The notes under the pieces were generated by a model. It saw only the letters and a list, made by a program, of their open reading frames with translations. It was not told the DNA's origin and searched no databases. The translations under genes were made by a program, and so were the position numbers. 64,000 nt of DNA from Bispira polyomma (lineage: Eukaryota): contig OZ287749.1 of assembly GCA_965649765.1 (NCBI GenBank), positions 35,278,001 to 35,342,000 of the forward strand. The letters run 5' to 3'. Below are positions 38,165 through 50,294 of the stretch, in pieces. Each line of letters opens with the position of its first letter. Positions within the stretch are counted from its first letter, which is position 1.

Positions 38165-39110
38165 CAGGGTTGTGGTCAAATCCTTTGAAAAGGATATAAA
38201 TCCAAATCCAATTCTTTTCAAAATTTACAAATCCAATCCAAATCCTTTCATTTATAAAAGGAATTAAATCCAAATCCTTTATTAAAAGGAATTAAAATCC
38301 TATTGAACACAGTCCAAACTTTATTTACAAAAAAAATAAAAAACATGTCATGTTACAAACATAGAAGCACTTGATGTACACATATTTACTATTTTTTATG
38401 TATTTACTATCTACTATGTTTATTGTTACTATTTTAGTTACTTTTCTCACTTTGTCAGCACTAACACATTACAACATAACACCATATATTTTTTGTATTA
38501 CACAAATAGAATGATCTTGGTCTGCTCACTCGGTGTGGATAATTTTTTATTCTGAATTAAAGCATGTTTCCTTTGAAATGACATAATGTAATTCTTTAAA
38601 ATTATATGATATATACTGACAAAAAAAATAATAGTGAAACATCTAAAAAGTATTATGGAAAGATATTGAAGATACACGCATATTGCATTAATCAGTGTTG
38701 GAAATTGTCCCCTTGTTTAAGTTATTTGTACTTTTACTATACAAGACCCATTTAAAATGCATTACTAATTATATCAGCATTACAGATTATAGAACATATA
38801 ATATTGTTTTGCCTCACCCTACTATAAAACTACCCATATTACATTATTAAGCATTGTTAAAAATGTCCTTAGGTTAAACGTGTGTACTTCTACTAAACAC
38901 TGATCAACACCAAAGACACACAAAAGTCTGAGTAATTAGTAAACATACCAGTAAGTGCCTCAAAAGGTTTGAGGAAGCTTTTGTTAAGGCAGAAACAAAA
39001 GCTGTGCAGTGTTTGTATTTAGCTTTAAAATTTCCATCAATTTCATTAGGAATGTCAAACTCCCTGAAAACCTTAGGTTGTTTACAATCCATAATAGTGT
39101 ACTTCAATAC
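38165..39110 (-). mobile_element. hAT-like DNA transposon remnant with BED zinc-finger exon
   Basis: CAGGGTTG terminus at 38165 followed by repeated AAATCC subterminal motifs. ORF 39107-38904 contains AKYKHC...KASSNLLRHL (BED-like, first Cys replaced by Tyr) followed by a GTATGT donor. The other terminus was not found. Confidence 0.6.
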
Positions 39111-41339
39111 TTCAACACTATAATGATCTACAGCATTGTGAAATAGTAAAATTATAAGTATTGTTTTTATTTGTGAGATTATTATTTGTTTTTAATTAAA
39201 AAATAACTGTGACCAGGACATAACACCAAGTAGCAGCCAGGTCCCATTTATTTGTGTAAAGTACCGTGTCCAAGGGTACAATCACCATACCAGCAGTAAG
39301 GACCAAACTTATAATTAATTATTATCATGTAAAACCTCTAAAATGTATTTTCCAAAGCGACTTTGATATTTGTAAAAATGCTTAATTAGGGGGAATCTTA
39401 ATCATAAACAGTTTATTTTAAAGACAAAATTGAATTTATTAGAAATAAATATGTAGAGCCGAATTGAGGAATGTACCTTCTGACACATATTGTTACAATT
39501 TATTTGTCAAGAAATACAATAGTGGCCTCATTAGGTTTGGTTATAGGCTTTCTAAAAAAATACGTTTTTTAAATTTGATTTAAACTGTCAACAGAAATTG
39601 AGGGTCTATTACTACTAATCATCTAAGATACTAGAGGTTCATAAATTACTTTTTATATCAGTTTTTACTTAAGTTAGGATCCACAGGAATATAACAATGT
39701 CTTAGATCCCCTGTCAGGTAGGGTTTAAGACCCAATGCAAAAATGTCCTTTGAGCCTTGTCTTAATGGCATCTTTGGCTGACCATTTTAGTTTCCCCATA
39801 CCCTAAGAAGCTGTTGACAAATCTCTTGTGGTAGTCAGCTTTAATTTCATGCTTTACCGAGACATTACTCATGGCACTGCATGACAGACAACAGTTGTAT
39901 AAATATGGATCAATTAATAGCAATTGGAAACCACAAGAATAAGATTTTCTTATAACCGCCCATTACTGGACGTCTGCATTCCTGATCATCAGACGTGATA
40001 ATATAAAGTAAAACAACTGAAAAGTGTACAGTTGTTCAGTGATATCATGTATAGCAAGTGTCTTAGCATCAAGTAAACAACTTATGTACTGAACTACCAT
40101 AAAACCTTGTTGAGACTTGTGTACAATAATAGCCTTAGAAGAATGGCTGTCCCAAACAATAGGTGTGGTTTGTTTGAGAATATTTAATATATTCTTTATT
40201 AACACATCTCAGTCTTGGGACTAAAAAGGCTGTAAAGCAGGTACAACGACCGAGCTTCAGGTCATCCTGTTACTAGAGTGAGTAGTTATTTACACTAGTA
40301 TTGCCTGTCGAGGGGGTATTAAACAAGGACCAAGTAATTACTGAGAGGCTGAATGTGATACCTTCGGTAATAAAGCAGCTCCAGTCTGCTAAGAGTTAAT
40401 TAGGTGGTAGCTGTATGTAACTGAAGACATTCTATACAGAACAAAGTGTGTGTGTGTGTGTGTGGAGGGGGGGGGGGGTAGAACTGCCATTGTGAAATAG
40501 GGCTATTACATTAAGTTTACACTGACCTGTATGCAACTGAAGACATTCTATAGAAAAGACAGTGTGTGAGGGGGAGGTGTGTGGCTAGAACTGCCAAACA
40601 CTGAGCCAGTGAGATGTTACTGTAGATGACTTTTTATGTCATCTTTTAGCTGAGAGAAGTGGGATACATACGTCACACTAACCATGGTCATGTCCACAGA
40701 CAATGTTGGGGAAGTTATACAAATACAGTCGTACATACACAAGAAAGGATCAAAGATTTATTGGAAAATTTGTTTTGTGCAGTCAGAAGAGCTTTTTGTT
40801 GATAGTGCTGCTTTTTCTTAAGAAGAATTGTTCAAAGAAGCTGTAACGTTATTAATCATAATGTACCCATACACACGAAAATGTTGATTTATAAGAAATA
40901 TGCACACATACAAAATCTTGCTTGGATCCACGCACTTGAATGGGTACATTATCGTTTGTACATCTTGAACCAGACTCCCATCACACTTCTGGTGCATAGA
41001 CATATGTGTTTGATATACTACGACGGTTAAAGGACACTCCTGTTGTAAATACTAATCGTTATACAAAAGGACTGGGAGTTACTGTGATGATACACATATG
41101 AACTACCAAATTTATTGTAAACTAATTGCAACTTATGTCGCAAACATAAAATATCTATTTATATAATATACATATAATATAAAACTTCATTAGTTAAATT
41201 TATAGCTTACCATAGATTTATAGAACGTCCACAACCTTTTTAATATAAAAGAAAATATTGATACTATAGACATTTCTCAAAAGTACTTATTTACAATAAA
41301 GTACAAAGATATATCAGTTTCCCAACTTTTCCCACCTCT

Positions 41340-41531
41340 GGGCGGCGTGAGTTTGAATCCCGTCGATGCCTATGTGGGAAAGGTGGTAGTTCCTTACTTT
41401 GGGCAGCTGGTTTCAGTGCAGAACCTTGACCGACTGTATGCAGTGTTTCCTCCCAGCGTTTCCAACTAACTGTCCCAATATAACCTACTAAAAGATACTA
41501 GAGTGAACGTTAAATATCCAAATTCAAATTC
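41340..41531 (+). mobile_element. 5'-truncated tRNA-derived SINE
   Basis: B-box-like GAGTTTGAATCCC, then ATGTGGGAAA...TTTCCTCC body shared with 58573-58718, and a short (CAAATT)n tail. Confidence 0.5.
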
Positions 41532-41646
41532 CCAACTTTTTCTTGTTGATCTTGGGAATATAAAGTTTCATTGATTTGGTAATGATTCTCAGCATAAATG
41601 ATTTGTTTTCATGTGACTAGGGTTTCCAATCACATATAAGACATAT

Positions 41647-43803
41647 GTGACATGTTGTAATTACAGGATATCATAGTGTGACTTTTTATAATTTCAGGAT
41701 ACTAAAGTGTGACTTGTTGTAATTACAGGATACCATAGTGTGACTTGTTGTAATTACAGGATACCATAGCATGCCATGTTGTAATTACAGGATATCATAG
41801 TGTGACTTTTTATAATTACAGGATACTAAAGTGTGACTTGTTGTAATTACAGGATATCATAGTGTGACTTGTTGTAATTACAGGATACCATAATGTGACC
41901 TGTTGTAATTACAGGATATCATAGTGTGACTTGTTGTAATTACAGGATATCATAGCGTGACTTGTTGTAATTACAGGATACCATAGTATGACTTGTTGTA
42001 ATTGTATCCACCGAAGCAATTCTTGGCGGATACTATGGATTAGTCATTGTTACTCCGCTGCCATCGCCACCGCATCAGTGTGTTTAAAGATTTTGCCATT
42101 ACCGCTCTCCTGGAAAAACTTTTCCACCTAGGCTCCTGGAATTTACAGGAAATGTTCTTTATTACAAAACCTTGCCTGGCAATAATTTTGGCCTTATTTT
42201 GACAAACAAGATGGCCGCCACGGGCATTTCTTTCAAAATTATCAGGCTTTTAACTGTGTCTGTTTCTCAGCTGTAGAAGGTTGAATCTCTTTACGGATGA
42301 TATGTTTAATGAATATATATGTCCTTTATAAGCATGCAGACATTTAACCTTAAATCTCCTCATTCAAGGTCATTGACAGAGTGCCAAAGTACCCCAACTG
42401 AGATTTTGGCCAAACTTTCCCTAGTGCCTATATCTCGCTTAATATTGGTCCTATAGGTTTGGGATCTCAAACAAACCTATAGGAAATCATGGGCTGGGAA
42501 TCTTTTCATGTTGTCAGGTTTGACCTTGGGCCCCTCGTTCAAGGTCAAATGCGGATGGCCAAACTTAAAAGTGCCTATATCTAGCTTAATATTGGTCTTA
42601 GAGGTTTGGGATCTGAAACAAAACTATAGCAAATCATGGGCTGCGAATCTCTTTATGTGGTCCGATTTGACCTTGGCCCTCTTGTTCAAGGTCAAATGAG
42701 GATGGCCAAACTTTAAAGTGCCTATATCTCGCTTAATATTGGCTCTACAGGTTTGGGATCTGAAACCAACCTATAGGAAATCATAAGCAGGGAATCTTTT
42801 GATGTGCTCACATTTGACTTTGGCCCTCTCCTTCAAGGTCAAACAGGGATGGCCAAACCTAAAACTGCCTATATCTCACTTATTTTTGGTCAAACAGGTT
42901 TTGGATGTGAAACCAACCTATAGGAAATCATGGGCTGGGAATCTTTTGATGTAGTCTGATTTGACTTTGGGCCCCTCGTTCAAGGTTAAATGCGGATGGT
43001 CAAACTTGAAAGTCCCTATATCTCACTTATTATTGGTCCCAGAGGTTTGGACTGCCAAACCAACCTACAGAAAATCATGGGCTGGGAACTTTTGATGTAC
43101 TCAGATTTGACCTTGGGCCCCGTGTTCAAGGTCGAATGCGGATGGCCAAACTTAAAGGGTCTATATCTCGCTTATTAGTGGTCCGACAGGTTTGGAATGC
43201 AAAACCAATCTATGCAAAATCATGGGCTGGGAATCTTCACATGTACTCTGATTTGACCTTGGGCCCCTCTTTCAAGGTCAAATGCAGATGGCCAAACTTA
43301 AAAGTGCCTATAACTCGCTTATTATTGGTCCTACAGGTTTCAAATGTGAAACCAACCTGTACGAAATCAAGGCCTGGGAATCTTTTGATGCGTTCCAATT
43401 TGACATTTGGCCCCTCGTTCGTCAGTCTTGGTCAAACTTAAAAGTGTTAATTACAGGATACCATAGTGTGACTTGTTGTAATTACAGGATAGTATAGTGT
43501 GACTTGTTGTAATTACAGGATACTATAGTGTGACTTGTTGTAATTACAAGATACCATAGTGTGTCTTGTTGTAATTACAGGATACTATAGTGTGACTTGT
43601 TGTAATTACAGGATACTATAGTGTGACTTGTTGTAATTACAAGATACCATAGTGTGACTTGTTGTTATTACAGGATATCATAGTGTGACTTGTTGTAATT
43701 ACAGAAAATTATAGTGTGACTTGTTGTAATTACAGGATACCATAGTGTGACTTGTTGTAATTACAGGATAGTATAGTATGACTTGTTGTAACTACAGAAT
43801 ACT
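41647..43803. repeat. 31-bp minisatellite split by a 1.45-kb insertion
   Basis: Unit GTGTGACTTGTTGTAATTACAGGATACCATA; about 11-12 copies on each side (41647-42003 and 43448-43803). Confidence 0.95.
42002..43447 (+). mobile_element. Helentron-associated (HINE-like) element with ~7 internal 146-147-bp tandem repeats, 3'-truncated
   Basis: 5' TTGTATCCACC subTIR, hairpin 42004-42033 and a degenerate (CCG)n tract, a ~350-bp core shared with 59.4-59.8 kb, then 147-bp units each containing ATTTGACCTTG...CAAGGTCAAAT. Confidence 0.75.
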
Positions 43804-44380
43804 TGAGTGTCACTGAATGGTTTGTAATAATAACGTACTCATATAGATTACAAGTGAAAAAAATGTACCCATACAAAACATTAGGTCTTCCTATTTTATT
43901 TTAAAGGCACTTATATGAATTCATCCCTGGTTTTTCTCGCTGCTGAATTATGGCCTCCCTCAATATCTCTCTTATTACAAATCTTACCAACATGATTTTT
44001 TCAGGTCTCTGTAGGCGTGGTCAACTCTAACCCTAACCCTAACCAAAACATATAACTGACATATAACATTTTTACCTTTGACTTTTACAAAGGTCACATG
44101 ATCCATAACATTGTTTTTATGTTACGCATACTTGTCTCCAACTTTTCTCTTTTCTCTTACTTCTATAAGATTTGGTTTATGCATTATATAAGATAATATC
44201 TGGACGCAAGTCGATTTTTGGATCAATCAGGGAAATAATGACCGATTGATGGGCGATTGAATAATAATAACTCCTGCATTAATTATCTCTGTTATTGTAT
44301 GTGTGCTAGATATGTGTATCTATATAATAACATACATACGTAGAAGGAGTTAGGGGAATTACCAGCCCCTTGTGCAAACA

Positions 44381-44839
44381 GAATCCCTGATAAGTCCCCA
44401 TCAGGACAAGTCCCCCATCATATGTTCCCCACCCGAAAAGGTCCCCATCAGCCAAAGTTAGAGGGGGGAGAAAAAGTTCTCATCAAGTTTGATTTTTTTT
44501 TTATATTAAAGAACAATTAATTATTAGCATAGTTGTTTTCTCATTCATTAATATTTTAATCTAAATGTCATAGATCTAAAGTCCATATTTTTAAAGTTTG
44601 GGATAGAGCTATTTAAATAATTCTATATTTTGGAAAAAACGTCAGTATCTCTTTATTGAATTAAATACTGGAGAAAAATCACATTATCACGAAATTTTAG
44701 TTCTATTAATCTATATTTATTGTCTTAATTTTAAGAAAAAAAAATACAAAATTGATGAGTACTTTTCCTCCCCCCACTCAGGCTGATGAGGACTTGTCCT
44801 GATAAGAGACTTTTCGTGATGGGGACTTCTCTGTACACC
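44381..44839. mobile_element. 459-bp Mutator-like MITE with long imperfect TIRs and 9-bp TSD
   Basis: Flanked by GTGCAAACA at 44372-44380 and 44840-44848. About 130-bp inverted arms built of AAGTCCCCATCA / TGATGGGGACTT motifs, with an AT-rich centre. Confidence 0.8.
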
Positions 44840-45059
44840 GTGCAAACAGAGGAGCTAAACTAGCAGAAGCTGTGGTTTGTACAATAGAGTCTTATTTTAC
44901 TCGTGCCTAATGTGTAACTTTAAGGCAATATCTAAAGGAACTGATAGATAGTATATGGAGGTCATGAATGTTATTGAGTAGTAATTTGTGAAATGTATCA
45001 CATATAATGTCACCAAGAATGGGCAATAAGGATGTATTTTGTTCTACTCTAATCTAGTC

Positions 45060-45360
45060 ATACTTTTATAGCGCTTAATCTTTGTACAACAAATTCTAAG
45101 GTGCAACAAACCCAAAACGTTAATCGAAAATCAAAAATAGTGGGCGGATGGAAGTCGTAACCAGGGAGACTACCGTAAATGGTTGCGACGGCTAAGGTGG
45201 AGGAGAAAGTTTGAGCCAGGCGAACATGATCAGGTAGGCTGTTCCAAATGAGGGGGCCATCATGAGCTAGGCAGTGATTGAACTGAACTTTGGATTTGTG
45301 GATGCGAGAGTCGAAAGTGGGAATGTTAAGGTATAATTTATCAGGGTTATTTGTTATTTT
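45060..45360 (-). mobile_element. 3' end fragment of an L2/CR1-group LINE
   Basis: ORF 45432-45058 contains DGPLIWNSLPDHVR, the typical ORF2 C-terminal GPxLWNxLP motif. Confidence 0.65.
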
Positions 45361-45492
45361 GGCAATGAACTTACCAGTGAAAAAAATTAAACTTGCTTTG
45401 TATGTGTGATATGAAAAATGCCAGAGATTCAAATGGCTTTAACCAAAATGCTTTGCTTTGAAGAGACCATTTATCAACGTCATCCAGATTCT

Positions 45493-45628
45493 TTAGTCTA
45501 TCAATTGGGGTAGCACCAAAGAAAAGAAGACTTCCACTTTAGTCTATTACTGGGGGTAGCACCAAATAAAACAAGACTTCCACTTCAGTCTATCACTAGG
45601 GGTAGCACCAAATAAAAGAAGACTTCCA
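45493..45628. repeat. Three tandem copies of a ~45-bp unit
   Basis: TTAGTCTATCA...GGGGTAGCACCAAATAAAAGAAGACTTCCAC repeated three times. Confidence 0.85.
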
Positions 45629-45679
45629 TTTAAAAAAAAACATCTTCTGAACCTGGGGATGATTTCTTTGAACCTATTT

Positions 45680-45850
45680 GGGGTTTAACCACATTAAGCC
45701 GCATTGTGACTGCCAGGTTTATTTGTGGAGGAAACCAGTACTATTTGCGACATGTAAACTTTCTGACATAAAGGAAGCAGTGAGGGTCAAACTGAATGTC
45801 CTCATAGATGAGAGGCTAGTGATATTTAAACAGACACTAGATAACCACAT
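45680..45850 (-). mobile_element. Degenerate tRNA-derived SINE
   Basis: Minus strand begins GTGGTTATCTAGTG (A-box-like) and contains GGTTTCCTCCAC, as in the SINE at 58.6 kb. Confidence 0.4.
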
Positions 45851-48407
45851 CTGTGTATATAATAAGTTAGTGTGATCTGGTACAGCTACATAGTAAGTAT
45901 CATCAAGTCAGTACTGGCTAACTATGTATCAGGGAGTAGACCGATGCAATTTGGTATGTGGGTGTATTTGGGAAAGCTCATCACTATTTAAATGTCACCT
46001 TGAGGTCAGTCTCAAGGGATTTAGAGGTCAATTTTTAATTACGAATAACTTGCATCGTATTATACTGATCTCCCTGATATACATGTATATGACCTCTATA
46101 GACAACATGGCAACGTTTGAGACATCCAGGTACATTATGTAGCTAAGTATAAGTACTGTGTACTGAATATGTACTTAAATGAGGATTTTGACTGAAACTC
46201 ACAAATTCGATGTTCTGCTACCTTTAGGTTTGCTACAACATAATATTTCAGTTATTAGGGTTGGGATCTTCAGCCAGTTAATAAAGTACCTAACCTATAG
46301 AATTGTGTTGTCTTGGATACAGCTTAATACCTAATCACCATATCGATATGCAATTCTGTTCTCGTGGAGCAAAAGAAGTGGCAAATTGGTTGAACTGAAA
46401 CAATAAAATGCACTTCTCAATAAAAAAAATAATTTGACCATTATCATCTAAACTTACAAGGACCGTAAATATAAATAAAACAACATTCTTTCATTTTTAT
46501 ATTATTTGTCCCTACTTTGGTGGACACCATGTAACATTTTGTAAACCAATCAGTCACAATATGGACTGTTTAGGGAGTGCAATTTGTGGTAAGCGGTCTG
46601 GAAAGTAGGCTGGCCATCAAACCTGGTCATAATGAGGACTGGCAGAGTAGTATGAAAGGGTGGCCAGGTCTGGGCTTTAAAACAAGTCAAGCTGTAAAGA
46701 AAACTGTCACTGCAATGGCAGCTTAGTGCTGTGGTATGGTCATTACTGGTGTAACCAGTCAAATTAGCCCTGATGTACAGCCGATCAGTGCAGTGATTTG
46801 GCCACACTGTGACACTGATTAAGACCTATGTTGAGAATAGATGTCACAGAGTCATGAGATAAACAGGCCTTATGCCACTATTACTGTGAAATCATTACTT
46901 AGGCTGCTGCTACTTGAGAATGTCTTCAGGCATAAACACAGCAAGAGGAACCACCGAACAAAATATGATGGGGAGTTGTTGTTAAACTGTGAGTATTTTA
47001 TTATGTAATGCTCTTCTGTTGTAAGGCTTAGCTTCATCTATTACAATTTTACTGGTACTACTACATATAGCTGTGAAAAGGGGCAACTCGTCAAGTGAAA
47101 GTCAGGAATAATGAAAATTCACTATGGTAAAGCATGTCCATCAACGATTACCTACGAATACCACACAATTGCAACACAACCTTTATGTTATACTACCTTT
47201 GGTATATAATGGCCACACCACCAACAAGAGGTTTACAACTCCCATAGCTTACCCATTAGGCCAAATACAAAAAGGATTTGATGGCTTCTTCCCAGAATCC
47301 ACAAGGTTTAGTTTGATGGGACCAAAACTCAAGAATCATTCATATGTCTGAATTTTTGAAACATTTGTAACCATATTAACAGAGGCTGTCCTGAATACAC
47401 CTGTATGGAGTGACACTAAGCATAACATACTTTCAGTTTCATGATTCTTATATAATATCTATAGAGTGGGGTTATATTTAGTTTTTATGTCACTACTATA
47501 TATTAAAGAAATTTATTTGAATAGTATAAACACATTAACCTTTCAAAAGCACCTGACATACTTCCACCCACAAGGGATCTAGTAAACCACCCTACAAAAC
47601 AAGTAAGCTGCGCCAACATTGTATAAATAATTTAAAATAAAGCATTTACCTTTATTACCGTTCTGACATCTTTACCTTATTTTCTTGAGGTAAATATATT
47701 ACATTTTAGAAGGAAATATAGGCACTACTGTTTATTCCCAGTATTAAGTATGCCTGCAAAGATATGGCTTATGTGCGGATGTACCTAAAAGGAGAGAGCC
47801 AAGTAAGTGCGAGGCCAACACTTATCTCAATCACAAGTCGTAGGTTATGGTCACTTATATCAACACAATTAAAGGGACCATAATAGAACCACAAATACCG
47901 GTTTTTACCTGTCAAATCAGTTTGATAACTGAGTTAAAAGTCCTGTAATCACAGATAATGTGCTTCTGCTGCAGTAAATTTTAGGGTATGCAAAATTGGA
48001 TATTTGAACAGATGAAAAAATTAAAACGGATATTTGTGGATAAATATGTTTTCATACTACACACTTGCCAGTTTCTTAGCTCAGTATTGATCATCATAAA
48101 CACGGCCAATTAAAGGCTGGCTATTACTAATGTAGTTACTAAAGCCCCGACAACTTCTAACATAGTTAATGGACGAATTCTGAGTAGAGAAAGAGGCTAC
48201 TTATTCTGTGCAGATATGGCGACAATTCAATGCTAATCATAGACTGGGGCAAGACATTACATCTGCTATTTACATTTATAGATGACTTACTTTACTGGGT
48301 ATATACAGCCTGTCACTGATTTCTTCTTCTTCTGCAACTTCTGTAATCATGTAACCATGATTTATATTACACCTTGGCATTTAGTGTATTCTGTAACCAC
48401 ATTTATG

Positions 48408-49019
48408 TTCTAGTCACACCTACACGTGCTGGCGTCCCCTAACGTAGCAATGCCACATAAACTGAAAATGTGGTATATTGTGTCAAAGTGACGTCATTTT
48501 CATAAAGGGGAGTCGATTATGACGTTATTGTGACGTTTTGTGACAATGTTGGTACTTCTACACACAGAGCAGGAGAAAAAAACGAAGACTTTACTGATAA
48601 GATATCACTACCTACTACTACATAGTGCTACTGTACTGTTACTTACTGGTGCGTTCTGTTGCCTTCTGCTACTTAGTGAAATGTTTATCGACTGACGGAG
48701 ATGAGTGGAGACGATCTCACTACTTACTGCTACTTACGGCTACGTTAAGCTATGTTATCCTACTTATACAGACGAGTGGAGACGTCATTGAGAATCGGAG
48801 AGCTCTGTCACGATTATTTCAAACCGTTTGAAATAATTGTGGTCGCGGACCAAACGGAGACGTTTCAGGAACGATATCATCCGTTACTTAACGTCACGGA
48901 ACGAACATCCCAGGGATCTTTACTTTTGCATTACCTTCTACTACGTTTGTACTAGGTTTCAAAACAATTGAAAACGTCACACACACGCAGCTCCAGTAGC
49001 TGTAGGTGTCACCTGGTTT
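48408..49019. mobile_element. ~600-bp non-autonomous TIR element (Harbinger-like MITE), copy 3
   Basis: Left GTCACACCTACACGTGCTGG, right CCAGTAGCTGTAGGTGTCAC; collinear with 14754-15377. Confidence 0.75.
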
Positions 49020-50131
49020 TTAACATTTGTAGTTGTTATTGGTTATTGAACACCAAGCATTTCCTTCTTTCTGAGCTAAGAGAAACATAGTGATTAGAAA
49101 TGATTACCATCTAATTAATCATGTGCTTCTGTTGAGAAAACATGTAATCGTTAACAAATTTTGTTTTATTCAAAATAAGACACATGCGAATGTATTTTCA
49201 AGCCACACTAATTTACCTGACTTTACTGTATACAGAGCTTACATCTTCTGCAAACCAAATTGCTGGTTTTAGGATCCAGAGTTGAATCTGGTTCAATCTC
49301 ATATCCGGGTCAATCCGGATTAGTCTGAACAAGGTGTAAGTTTGGTGGGATTATAGCACTCTTTGATCAGGGTGTTGTTGTTGTTGTGAAGTTGTCTAGA
49401 TATTGGACCAGAATGGTTTTATCTGTTACACTTATCATTGTTGCAACGTACAACACTCATAGTTTCAGCTTAAAATTCAGTCAAAATGGCATTAACAGAC
49501 AAATTAAATAAATTATACAGGAACTGAACAATTTACTTCCAATATATTACCACCTGGTAAAAAACTAGTTTGATAGGACTAGAAATGTTACTCCCCTTGT
49601 TTAATCATTAATTAAACAAAATGCACAATGTTTGATTTATTAATTTTCCAACTTTGCTCCACATTTAATCCGAAGGATCTCGCAATTTTTTTAGCGATTA
49701 TATTACATACATAGAGATACATAATAGATATGATGTAATTTTACACTTTAAGGCCAAGGTATTTTGGTCCCTTATATACCATATCAAAGATGTTTAATGT
49801 TGAGAATGATTTGATTGCTTTGACTGAGCTAATGAACTAGTTAACATTTTAACCCATTGAGAGTACCATTGTTTCCGTGTACCATGTGTGCAGTGATTCT
49901 ACCCATACTAAAAGAGAGGTGATGTCATAACGTGCACGTTTAGTATACAACTATGTGACCCAGTACTTCTATAATGCCATCTTCACACACACGCCCAAAC
50001 ACAGACTGTTGACAACTGTGTCTGTGAAACCGAATTGCATTATGAATAAATCATTTGAGACAATATGATCAATATTTTAGACAATATAGTAAAAAAAAAA
50101 ACCCACTACATCTCCATCTGTTTCTTCTCAG

Positions 50132-50294
50132 GCACACTGGTAGATTCTAGGGCAAATCACAGGCTGTCTGCCTTGAAGTTCCACCAGACTCACCCTAGTA
50201 TCACAGAGAATGAAATAGACTATCCCCCCCCACCCCACCCCCGGCCGGGGTTTGATGGCTGGCGTTTTGATCTGAGTGAAGTGGCGGTTGAGTT
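50132..50294 (+). other. Candidate internal exon upstream of the SK exon
   Basis: Acceptor CTGTTTCTTCTCAG ending at 50131, donor GTGAGT at 50295, open frame (GTLVDSRANHRLSALKFHQTHPSITENEIDYPPPPHPRPGFDGWRFDLSEVAVE), GC above background. Confidence 0.35.

Noticed and set aside
42508-43497. Repeated ORFs (GPSFKVKCGWPNLKVPIS...) here and at 60.0-60.7 kb
   Set aside because: By-product of the 147-bp unit (a multiple of 3). Frames shift between units and no domain is recognisable.
44026-44044. (CCCTAA)n telomere-like repeat
   Set aside because: Only about three units; common inside interspersed repeats and not evidence of an interstitial telomere.
48760-48802. LLIQTSGDVIENRR, superficially 2A-like
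   Set aside because: Lacks NPGP, lies in a non-coding MITE and is not preserved in the 15-kb copy.
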